A stretch of DNA of 10,013 bases, from positions 256,606 through 266,618 of the forward strand of contig CP070695.1 of assembly GCA_020353515.1 (NCBI GenBank), given 5' to 3'. The notes below the pieces were generated by a model. That model was not told the origin of the DNA. It searched no databases and saw only the letters and a program-made list of their open reading frames with translations. Source of the stretch: Candidatus Heimdallarchaeota archaeon (GTDB lineage Archaea; Asgardarchaeota; Heimdallarchaeia; Hodarchaeales; Hodarchaeaceae). Shown one piece after another: positions 1-7,599 of this stretch. How positions within the stretch are numbered: the stretch's first letter is position 1; each line of letters opens with the position of its first letter. The translations under genes were made by a program, and so were the position numbers.

Positions 1-2233
1 TTATTGTATAAAAAATTTCACCAGGAGCAGGAGTAACTTCGAATTTTGTAGAACGCTCTGTTCTTGGACCTATCTCAACGTTTGAAAACTCTCTTCCCTG
101 AGCTATAGTAGTATGCTGTACAATTGCATCAAAGAACTTATTTGTTATTTTTCCCAAATCGGCTGGTATTTCTTTTAATTCAAAGATTAATTGTTTATCT
201 TCAGGTTTTTGCTTTTCTTTGCCACTTACTACGACCCTCACCCGACCGATATTCTGGATTCGCGCATTGGGAGTTTGAGAGTCGCCTTGCCTGTGCGAGG
301 TTACACGAATTGCTGGGAAGTATGTACCACCCTCGGAGAAGGTATGGGTAGTCTTCACCTTCACCTTTCTCTTGACTCTGATGTTCTCGGAAACTGGATA
401 GTCACCAGCGCCTTCAAAATCCCATTCCACACCAATGACCGAACCAGTATCTGGTGGTGTTTCAATAACCGCGGAAAATTTAACCTTCTTTCCGACTTTA
501 ACTTCTGCGTGCTCAGCTCCGTTTACTGTAAGATTTACAACTGGTTGTATTCCTTTACGCTCCGTAGCGTTTGTTGGTACTTCTACTTGACCATCTACCA
601 CTTTATATGTTGTACTTGCGGGGGGGGTTACGCCTTTTTCAACCCATGCGCTTACATCGCGCAATGCTTGTTGTAATATGCCTCCAAAGTTAATAACTCG
701 TGTGGTTATTACTGGTGGAGTATCAAACTGCGTAACTACAGGTGGGGTATGCAGTGCACGATCAATGAACCAGAGTCGGTAGTTATCTTCGAACTGTTCT
801 CCTAGTGCAGCTTTCACCTTCGAACGATACCAATCAGCTTGCCAAGCATAAGCGATTTCGTCCATTATACATTCTACTACAATCATCTTACCTTTAAACT
901 TGCCAGTTTGGACTGAACCTGCGCCACCCGATGCATAACGTGGGCCTACAAGTTTTTCTCGTTGTGGATACAGAGGCTTACCAGCAGCGTCTCTAAAATA
1001 GTCATAAACGTAATATTCAGGCGGCGGGATCTGATGACGATGATAGGTTTGAACAGCAAGATAGTTAGAGTTGTCAATTAACACTTTATCACCTACCTTG
1101 ATCTTTGCTAGATCTTGGTAGTACTTCTCACCATAGGCAAGTATTATCATATCATCAAACGCTCCAATAATGTAAGCCACACAACCCTCTGCTTCACCAC
1201 TTCTCAAGAAGATTGAAGCTCCCTGTAGATCACCCTTGGGCACACTTTCGAATTTTAATCCTGCTGGGACTGTTATGTTACCAGCTTGCCCAGCTGAAAT
1301 CGACAATGAACCCCCCATTTTCCTGATATCATCAGGCATAATTAGTTTGCTTATGGTTGTTTCGTGTTTGATCCGAGCGTCTAGGAGTGACTGAGGTGGA
1401 TTTGCACCAAGGTAGCCTGGTTTATTCCAGAAGTCTTCGAAATACGTGGGATCCCACTCGATAGTTTGGTCAAGGAGGGTGGTTAAGACCCCTGTATAAC
1501 CGAATGCTATCCTCTGGTAATTAAACCAAGCTTGTGGCGGAAATCCCATTTTAGTCACTTCAGTAAGTGCCTCTCGTTCCTCTTCATTTAGGCCAGCGTA
1601 CATGTCAGCGCTTCCACCAGGCTCCACCGCGTCGACGATGGCAGGCATCTTATCTTTCAGCACACGCATTGCATGGGCCTGAATTGTAAAATTATTGAGC
1701 ATGCTCATTGGTGTTCCGTGAATAAATGGCACCACACCATCCCAGATACCGTCTGTGTTTTCTATACAGCTGATGGTCTTATATGCCCCACCACTACCGC
1801 CCCAAGCATAGCCATAGGGGCGGTGGGGGCCATACATTTCCGATGCCAAAACACGTGAGTACTTCGCTACTGCTGCACTGGTCCTATATCCGGTGATAGT
1901 AGGGTCATCCCCTGGGAACATATCCAATCTCCCTAGGTTCGATTCAATAAAATAAGCGCCACTTTCAAAGACAAAACCTAACGAGTAACTAGGATTAGGA
2001 TAATCGGGAGCCTGTGCAAGATTCTCATTTCCAGATATCGGCATAATATACTGGAAAAACCTGTTTTCGTATTGCTCCTTTGGTGGGAAGTAGAACGAGA
2101 ATCGAGCTTGGCTACCTTTAAAACCACCATGAACATATCGATGGCGTACGGGCTCGTCACGCCACTCATCAATATCTACATATGGTTCGGTGAAAAGCGG
2201 ATCGTTTGATTCAGTAGACTCCCTTTTTTTCAA
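1..2233 (-). CDS. Large alpha/beta-hydrolase-like protein (tannase/feruloyl-esterase-like architecture) with PKD-like domain and unknown C-terminal extension; 3' end lies outside the window
   Basis: Manual minus-strand translation from TTG 2233 gives 744 stop-free codons to the edge: MKKRESTESNDPLFTEPYVDIDEWRDEPVRHRYVHGGFKGSQARFSFYFPPKEQYENRFFQ...YGYAWGGSGGAYKTISCIE...ECIMDEIAYAWQADWY...LWFIDRALHTPP...VEWDFEGAGDYP...HTFSEGGTYFPAIRVTS...NIGRVRVVVSG. Nucleophile elbow Ser at 1793-1795, candidate Asp at 860-862 and His at 749-751. GGTG lies 7 nt before the TTG and an in-frame TAA at 2276-2278 bounds the start. No signal peptide is visible. It is absent from the ORF track, probably because there is no stop in the window. 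Confidence 0.9.
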   Translation of the reverse strand, partial: MKKRESTESNDPLFTEPYVDIDEWRDEPVRHRYVHGGFKGSQARFSFYFPPKEQYENRFFQYIMPISGNENLAQAPDYPNPSYSLGFVFESGAYFIESNLGRLDMFPGDDPTITGYRTSAAVAKYSRVLASEMYGPHRPYGYAWGGSGGAYKTISCIENTDGIWDGVVPFIHGTPMSMLNNFTIQAHAMRVLKDKMPAIVDAVEPGGSADMYAGLNEEEREALTEVTKMGFPPQAWFNYQRIAFGYTGVLTTLLDQTIEWDPTYFEDFWNKPGYLGANPPQSLLDARIKHETTISKLIMPDDIRKMGGSLSISAGQAGNITVPAGLKFESVPKGDLQGASIFLRSGEAEGCVAYIIGAFDDMIILAYGEKYYQDLAKIKVGDKVLIDNSNYLAVQTYHRHQIPPPEYYVYDYFRDAAGKPLYPQREKLVGPRYASGGAGSVQTGKFKGKMIVVECIMDEIAYAWQADWYRSKVKAALGEQFEDNYRLWFIDRALHTPPVVTQFDTPPVITTRVINFGGILQQALRDVSAWVEKGVTPPASTTYKVVDGQVEVPTNATERKGIQPVVNLTVNGAEHAEVKVGKKVKFSAVIETPPDTGSVIGVEWDFEGAGDYPVSENIRVKRKVKVKTTHTFSEGGTYFPAIRVTSHRQGDSQTPNARIQNIGRVRVVVSGKEKQKPEDKQLIFELKEIPADLGKITNKFFDAIVQHTTIAQGREFSNVEIGPRTERSTKFEVTPAPGEIFYTI

Positions 2234-2240
2234 TATAATA

Positions 2241-2244
2241 CACC
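2241..2244 (-). promoter_or_regulatory. Shine-Dalgarno-like GGTG for the hydrolase-PKD gene
   Basis: Minus strand reads GGTG-TATTATA-TTG(2233). Confidence 0.5.
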
Positions 2245-2283
2245 AATTTTTTTTCGATATGAATAATCTTAGATGTTAATTTT

Positions 2284-2469
2284 TTATTTAAATTCTTTTG
2301 CCTGAGGATGATTAATTTTTGTACAAAAATCTAGCAGACGGGAATTAAAGAATTTGGGATGTTCATGTGATATTCCATGGTCAAAAGGATACGTTTCTAC
2401 GATGCTATGTTCGGGTAGGTATTTTTCCAACAAAGAGAACGTTTCTTGAGGGACAATAGAATAATTCAT
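2284..2469 (-). pseudogene. Probable 3' remnant of an alpha/beta-hydrolase gene
   Basis: SIVPQETFSLLEKYLPEHSIVETYPFDHGISHEHPKFFNSRLLDF fits the C-terminal pattern of alpha/beta hydrolases (D-x-IVP...LP...H-x-x-x-x-E-x-P-x-x-FN-x-x-L-x-x-F). An in-frame TGA at 2473-2475 lies just upstream, and the ORF overlaps the glycosyltransferase 3' end by 65 nt. Confidence 0.55.
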
Positions 2470-4039
2470 TTCTCACAAATAATAGCCAAGGTCCAATTTT
2501 GGTTGGTGTATAGTTGATTTCAATCCAATTAAATAACTTCCGTGTATGATGTGTTATACGAGTGCTTCCATACGCAATTAAATCGGGATTAATTTCTTCT
2601 ATTTCCTGTATCCATCCTTCAAATCCTCCTGGTGTCACGGCGTGAATGTAATTATCTAAACCCATGAATATAAAGAGGAAGCGTGAGGGATTTGTTCGGT
2701 TGAGAATCACAAACAATTCAGGGTTTCCTAAACATAAGATTGAGATGTTTTCCCCGAATATGTTTAGAATTTCAGCGGCTTGTTCTTGTTGATATGCTAA
2801 AGTAGAGGTGTATCTATCATCATAAAAATCTCGTTCATGGTACGCCATCAGTTCAGCTGAAAACACCATGCTTATTGCGAGTCCCAGAATCATTATAGTG
2901 TATAAATGATCAGAATTCAATCGTTTAAGTCCATATATATCTTGATGATGGTTCTCTATGCATGTTTTGAAATAAGGAAGTAAGTTTTCGAAAAATTTTG
3001 CACATCCTATAGAAATGTATGGTAGAAACATGAGAAAATCTGGAAATCTCTGAAAATCAATGAAGGCAAACACTACTAGAACTAATAATGATCCAAATAT
3101 CACTATAAATGGATCCTCTCTAATCATTTCTTTAAACGAGGGATACTTTGATCTTACTAAGAAGAACAACAAAATAATCATTACGAACCCTAATATAATC
3201 AGAAACATCATTGCTGAGAACCCTTCGATTATTGCAAAGAATGGGTTTTCAAGATTTTTTCTTATTCCTTTCAGGAAACTGTCTGTTGGGTCTCTATCGG
3301 CGTACAGGAGATAAAATAGAAGTGTACCATATAAGAAGCTTTCAAACGCGTTATAAGAGTATGAGAGAAAATATAACGAAGTAATAACTAAGGGAATGAG
3401 AAATCCTGTCATACTTGTTAACAATGCCACTATCCGTTCTTTTTGTGTTGATTGGATGAAAGCCAAACAGATAGTCAATACAGGAAAGATTAACATTGGT
3501 TGCCATGTTAAAAAGGCGATGGAACCAATAAATGCTCCCCAAAACCATTTTCTCCTAGCAGTTGCCCAAATACTTAGTATTTCGAAAAGAAGCATCAGGA
3601 TTTTCGCACGGGGACCAAAAGCTGAATAATAAGAAAAGCCAAAAAAGCATAAGAAGAGTAAAGCAGATAATACTCCTACCTCGGAAGAGTCAAATAGATA
3701 TTTTATGAGAAAATAGATGGAAACAACTGTAACACAGCTGACTAAAAGGAACAATAAGCGGACAGTGATAATATCATTCCATCCTATTAATCGTGCAATA
3801 ATGACTCCCACTCCTGCCAATATATAAGCTAATGGACTTTTTATATCGAAAATACTGACATAATAAGGCACACCATTAGCCATTTGTTGTCCAGCATATA
3901 TGATAATGGAATTGTCCTTTCTGAGGTTTGCTTTCATCCCATAAGATAGATAAACTATGAGAGAAATCAGAAAAATTCCAATCGGAAGGAGAATTTCCTT
4001 ATATTTGTGAAAAAATTGGAAAAATTTCGGTGGTTTCAT
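2405..4039 (-). CDS. GT-C fold integral membrane glycosyltransferase (lipid-phosphate-sugar dependent; PMT/ArnT/AglS-like)
   Basis: About 11-13 hydrophobic segments. The first external loop reads RKDNSIIIYAGQQMANGVPYYVSIFDIKSPL (D...Y.G.....G..PY....D.K.PL pattern), there is a GPRAK motif, and the C-terminal domain is soluble. ATG 4039 (MKPPKF) is preferred over GTG 4054 from the track, but the start is uncertain. Confidence 0.8.
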   Translation of the reverse strand: MKPPKFFQFFHKYKEILLPIGIFLISLIVYLSYGMKANLRKDNSIIIYAGQQMANGVPYYVSIFDIKSPLAYILAGVGVIIARLIGWNDIITVRLLFLLVSCVTVVSIYFLIKYLFDSSEVGVLSALLFLCFFGFSYYSAFGPRAKILMLLFEILSIWATARRKWFWGAFIGSIAFLTWQPMLIFPVLTICLAFIQSTQKERIVALLTSMTGFLIPLVITSLYFLSYSYNAFESFLYGTLLFYLLYADRDPTDSFLKGIRKNLENPFFAIIEGFSAMMFLIILGFVMIILLFFLVRSKYPSFKEMIREDPFIVIFGSLLVLVVFAFIDFQRFPDFLMFLPYISIGCAKFFENLLPYFKTCIENHHQDIYGLKRLNSDHLYTIMILGLAISMVFSAELMAYHERDFYDDRYTSTLAYQQEQAAEILNIFGENISILCLGNPELFVILNRTNPSRFLFIFMGLDNYIHAVTPGGFEGWIQEIEEINPDLIAYGSTRITHHTRKLFNWIEINYTPTKIGPWLLFVRNELFYCPSRNVLFVGKIPTRT

Positions 4040-4161
4040 AATTCTTAACCCCACAGAAGAAATTGTAGTGTGCTATAAGTAAAATACGACAAGGTGCCGT
4101 TGATTGACAACCCCTTAGCTAGTCTAGCTTGTTAGCATTCTACTGAAAAAAGCGGGTTTCC

Positions 4162-5487
4162 CTAGGAATATACAACCCCATCTGTTTCAAGTCCCCAGTT
4201 TTTTGCTTGTAATTTTTGGAGTTCTCTATAGCCTATAAAAATAACACCTAGTTCTTCTGCAAGGTTCTTTGTCTCTTGATTCGTCCAAACATCATAATCA
4301 CCAGTTCTACAGTACGAATGTGCTGAACCTGCTGGTTCTAAGATTCTCTCCAATTCTTCAGACATAAATGAAATGTGTGTAACTACTTCATGCACTCCAG
4401 GGCCCAGATTTTTCAACCAATTGTGATATGTTTCCTTACGAGCCTCGGGGTTCCGTGTTTCTCCAATAATCAATGAAAACTGCCAAAACGTGTTAGGATA
4501 GACATAACCTCTCTCTCGAGCTGTATCTCGGTAATATGGTATCAGTGGCAGATTATATTTCTTTGAGAGTTTCTCTATTCCCTTTCCCAAGTCAGGATGA
4601 CAGAAATAACAGCCCATATGATCATCTATATGAGTAGGTTTAAGCTCAGCTTCAAGAATAGTTACGATTTGAGCTTCCAGCTCTTTAATTGCTTCTTCCA
4701 CATTTAAATGTTGTTTGAGTTCATGTTCAAACTGCCAAAAGAGTCCCTCGGGATTGTAGAGGCTGGGTACTTCCTCTTGTGATAAAAGAGGGCTCCAGCC
4801 GTAGGTTTTGCCCCAATCACTGTTCAATGTTAAATGGATGCCAAGGTCAAGCCCAGGATCATTCTTCCAAATATCTATAACTCTCTTGATATCAGGACAA
4901 GGCACCATAATGCTTCCTGTTTTGCACAGTCCATATTTCATGGCATCTAAGGCGCCATCTGTTTGTTTAGGATGCATACCAATATCATCTGCGTGAACTA
5001 TTACAAGGATAGCATCTTTAGGATAGCCTAATTGTTCTACTAACGTGGGTTGATCCTTCTTATGATCAATAAAGTCAGTCCAAAGTAAAACGTCTGCTAA
5101 AGGGTCTACTTCTATTATCCGAAATGTATTTCCTTCAGTATCTTGACAAATTATCATATAACCAATCCCCTGAATGGGGAATTTTGGTGATAAGATTTGA
5201 CCACCGTTCACTTCGATCGTCTTTATAGCTTCGTCAATATTTGAAACATTAATTGTAATACCGATGCTTTCTTGGTAATGCCTTTGTTGAATTGCTCCAA
5301 TACCAATAGACGTAAGATTATTGCTGTTGGCTTTTTGTGACTCTGATTCGTTATCATTCCCAGGAAAAATTAGTAGTGGTAGATTCTGTGTAAATTCTTT
5401 AATTTTCCAACCAAAAACATTCTCATAGAACATCTTTGCACGATTAACATCTTCTGCTCCAATCTCAAAATGAACTATTCTAGACAT
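4162..5487 (-). CDS. VOC/glyoxalase domain fused to a YdjC/ChbG/HpnK-family carbohydrate deacetylase
   Basis: The N-terminal MSRIVHFEIGAEDVNRAKMFYENVFGWKI...VSNIDEAIKTIEVNGGQIL...QDTEGNTFRIIE is a VOC domain. The C-terminal VIVHADDIGM, GSIMVPCP, LGIHLTLNS and PTHIDDHMG motifs are YdjC-type. Start re-called to ATG 5487 (GGAG at 5498-5501; 441 aa) instead of 5634. Confidence 0.88.
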   Translation of the reverse strand: MSRIVHFEIGAEDVNRAKMFYENVFGWKIKEFTQNLPLLIFPGNDNESESQKANSNNLTSIGIGAIQQRHYQESIGITINVSNIDEAIKTIEVNGGQILSPKFPIQGIGYMIICQDTEGNTFRIIEVDPLADVLLWTDFIDHKKDQPTLVEQLGYPKDAILVIVHADDIGMHPKQTDGALDAMKYGLCKTGSIMVPCPDIKRVIDIWKNDPGLDLGIHLTLNSDWGKTYGWSPLLSQEEVPSLYNPEGLFWQFEHELKQHLNVEEAIKELEAQIVTILEAELKPTHIDDHMGCYFCHPDLGKGIEKLSKKYNLPLIPYYRDTARERGYVYPNTFWQFSLIIGETRNPEARKETYHNWLKNLGPGVHEVVTHISFMSEELERILEPAGSAHSYCRTGDYDVWTNQETKNLAEELGVIFIGYRELQKLQAKNWGLETDGVVYS

Positions 5488-5677
5488 TGAGGTTTTTCTC
5501 CAAAGAAATGCAATAATTAACAAAACCCATGAATAAGGATTAATAAGAATATTGATAAGGGAATGACTAGACTTTAGGATACTTCCTTTTTTTAATAAAG
5601 GGATTAGGATGATTCTATTGATTCCAGTTATCATTTTTGCTTTATTATAGTATAAACTAAGTATCCTCCTTTTTCAA

Positions 5678-5705
5678 ATAAATGCGATGAAATTATCGCA
5701 TTTAT
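5678..5705 (-). terminator. 11-bp perfect inverted repeat at the stop of the DUF4386-like gene (terminator or operator)
   Basis: ATAAATGCGAT (5678-5688) - GAAATT - ATCGCATTTAT (5695-5705); it overlaps the TAA at 5702-5704. Confidence 0.45.
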
Positions 5706-6355
5706 GACAAAAATAAAAGCCATACTCCTAAACCTAATTCAAAAATTAAAATTAGCAGACCTCCAACGTTCCCCAGGACTTCAAAGTCAGGTTTTACACG
5801 TTTAACTCCGTTACCAAAGCCATAAATGATACTGGAAACAATTCCAAACCATCCAATAATTACCGGTACAGGTTCATAGATAACAAACAAGAGTGAGTAT
5901 CCGAGTGTACCAATGGAGAATAAAATTTGTGAAAATGTGAAAATAGAGATTTTTCTTTTGAGAATGCTAAGACCCAAATTAACAAACTCATTTGTTTCCA
6001 CACCACTAGCGTCTGAATATTGTTTCGCTAAATTGAGAAGCCCCCAATAGTTTTTTTTATCATAAATTTGGAATGAGCTTTCTCCTATTCGAAAGATAAC
6101 CCAAATAACCCCCAATATTATGTTTAAAGGGCTAAATGCAACAAACAGCATTATAGCAAGAGTAATTATGCTAAGATGCTCTATGATGAGTAATACGAAG
6201 CTTATTTTAAATTTCTTTGGATCTTCGTTAATTTTTTGCAGTTTAACTTCTGATTTCAAATCACTAATTGTCCCATGACCAAGTATTTCACATAAAATCA
6301 GTATAATTATTATTAATAGAAATAGAAAACCCGATAATTGCATTTCCAGACTCAT
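5702..6355 (-). CDS. DUF4386-like multi-pass membrane protein
   Basis: 217 aa with about 6 TM segments. Motifs FRIGE, IFTFSQILFSIGTLGYSLLF, VPVIIGWFGIVSS and FELGLGVWLLF resemble DUF4386 members. GGTGA SD at 6363-6367. Confidence 0.75.
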   Translation of the reverse strand: MSLEMQLSGFLFLLIIIILILCEILGHGTISDLKSEVKLQKINEDPKKFKISFVLLIIEHLSIITLAIMLFVAFSPLNIILGVIWVIFRIGESSFQIYDKKNYWGLLNLAKQYSDASGVETNEFVNLGLSILKRKISIFTFSQILFSIGTLGYSLLFVIYEPVPVIIGWFGIVSSIIYGFGNGVKRVKPDFEVLGNVGGLLILIFELGLGVWLLFLS

Positions 6356-6362
6356 TTAGAAT

Positions 6363-6367
6363 TCACC
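6363..6367 (-). promoter_or_regulatory. Shine-Dalgarno GGTGA for the DUF4386-like gene
   Basis: Minus strand reads GGTGA-ATTCTAA-ATG(6355). Confidence 0.6.
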
Positions 6368-6539
6368 AAATTCTTTCCTTTCGTGTGTAACAAATTTCAA
6401 ACAATAGACTAGTTCTAATATTTTTTGGACTTGAATTATTACTCAGATAATAATCTCCCCATATCCAAGCTCTAGTACATTCTTAAGTATCAACCAAATT
6501 GGCTGTTTAATTCAGTTTATCCCTGAAATTGTATGGAGA

Positions 6540-7514
6540 ATGAAAGAAATGACTAAAGAATTAATGAAAGCGGTCATCTGCACAAAATATGGCCCACCTG
6601 AGGTTCTTGAATTCAAAGAGATTGAGAAACCAATCCCGAAGAATAATGAAGTCCTTATCAAGATATATGCAACCTCAGGACATATTGGAGATTCACGAAT
6701 GCGGAGATTCGATATACCAGGTGGTCCGATTATTAAAATTATCGCCCGAGTAATGCTAGGACTAAGTAGACCAAGTAGAATTGCTAAAAATTCCATCCTA
6801 GGTATGGATCTTGCCGGAGAAATAGTAGAAGTAGGTCAAGGTGTTACAAAATTTAAGAAAGGGGATCAAGTGTTTGCATCAACATATTGGTCCAAATTTG
6901 GAGGATATGCGGAATATAAATGTATGGCTGAAGATGTAAAAGGATTATCCCTTAAACCTACTAACATGACTTATGAGGAGGCAGCTGTTATTCCTGCTGG
7001 TGGGATCACTGCTTGGGGAATCATTAAGATGGCCAATATTCAGAGTGGACAAAAAGTGTTGATCTATGGTGCGTCTGGCAGTATAGGTACGTTTGCTGTT
7101 CAAATGGCCAAAGCACTCGGAGCTGAAGTGACTGGTGTTTGTAGCACATCAAATTTGGAACTCGTAAGCTCACTAGGGGCAGACGAAGTCATTGATTACA
7201 CTAAGGATGATTTTACTGAACGTGGGGAAGCATATGATGTTATTTTTGACGCTGTAGATAAATATAAAGGTGATTATAAGAGAGTCCTAAAAGTTTCAGG
7301 TATATATCTTAACGTTGACGAGTCTTCAGACAAAATTGACTCTAAGAAGGCAACTGCCTTGCTTGGTGAGCTCAAGGAGCTGATTGAGACTGGAAAGCTC
7401 AAAGCAGTGATTGATAAACACTTCTCATGGACTGAGATTGTAGAGGCGCATCGGTATGTCGACTCTGGTAGAAAGAGAGGCAATGTGTCTATAACTATAG
7501 TCCAGTCAGATTGA
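6540..7514 (+). CDS. NAD(P)-dependent medium-chain dehydrogenase/reductase, quinone-oxidoreductase-like (Zn-independent-type) branch
   Basis: MKAVICTKYGPPEVL, GMDLAGEIVEVG, GGYAEY and the GASGSIG nucleotide-binding motif are present. The C-x-x-D/GHE catalytic Zn motif and four-Cys structural Zn loop are absent. The start may be 6549 (GGAG at 6535-6538) or 6564. Confidence 0.92.
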   Translation: MKEMTKELMKAVICTKYGPPEVLEFKEIEKPIPKNNEVLIKIYATSGHIGDSRMRRFDIPGGPIIKIIARVMLGLSRPSRIAKNSILGMDLAGEIVEVGQGVTKFKKGDQVFASTYWSKFGGYAEYKCMAEDVKGLSLKPTNMTYEEAAVIPAGGITAWGIIKMANIQSGQKVLIYGASGSIGTFAVQMAKALGAEVTGVCSTSNLELVSSLGADEVIDYTKDDFTERGEAYDVIFDAVDKYKGDYKRVLKVSGIYLNVDESSDKIDSKKATALLGELKELIETGKLKAVIDKHFSWTEIVEAHRYVDSGRKRGNVSITIVQSD

Positions 7515-7516
7515 AG

Positions 7517-7562
7517 TTCTTTCTTTTCTTGTATTGAACAGAAAACCTTGTCAAAGAAAGAA
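7517..7562. terminator. Probable bidirectional T-tract terminator between convergent genes
   Basis: TTCTTTCTTT (7517-7526) follows the MDR stop, and its exact reverse complement AAAGAAAGAA (7553-7562) gives a T-tract on the minus strand downstream of the DUF998-like gene. Confidence 0.5.
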
Positions 7563-7599
7563 TTATTCTAGCATCAGGAGGAAGATCCCTCAAAGTAGA

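Noticed and set aside
124-2172. Track ORFs 124..351(+), 191..676(+), 1673..1858(+) and 1978..2172(-)
   Set aside because: They are antisense or out-of-frame shadows of the long minus-strand CDS ending at 2233 and have no protein-like motifs.
4088-4135. GACAACCCC...AGCTAG-T-CTAGCT-TG as an IS200/IS605 end or HEARO/omega-RNA start
   Set aside because: It lacks the CCCC/GGGG paired stem, and there is no TnpA, TnpB or IscB gene in the window; only short dyads are present.
3060-4996. Track ORFs 3060..3314(+), 3351..3548(-), 3396..3629(+) and 4808..4996(+)
   Set aside because: They are nested within the GT-C and VOC-YdjC genes and look like shadow ORFs.
5488-5634. 49-aa N-terminal extension of the VOC-YdjC ORF as a membrane anchor
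   Set aside because: The VOC fold begins at MSRIVHF with GGAG in front of ATG 5487. The extension is AT-rich, and its ATG has no properly spaced SD. It is not fully excluded.
6540-7514. Classical Zn-dependent alcohol dehydrogenase (adh)
   Set aside because: The catalytic Cys/GHE and structural four-Cys Zn ligands are absent.
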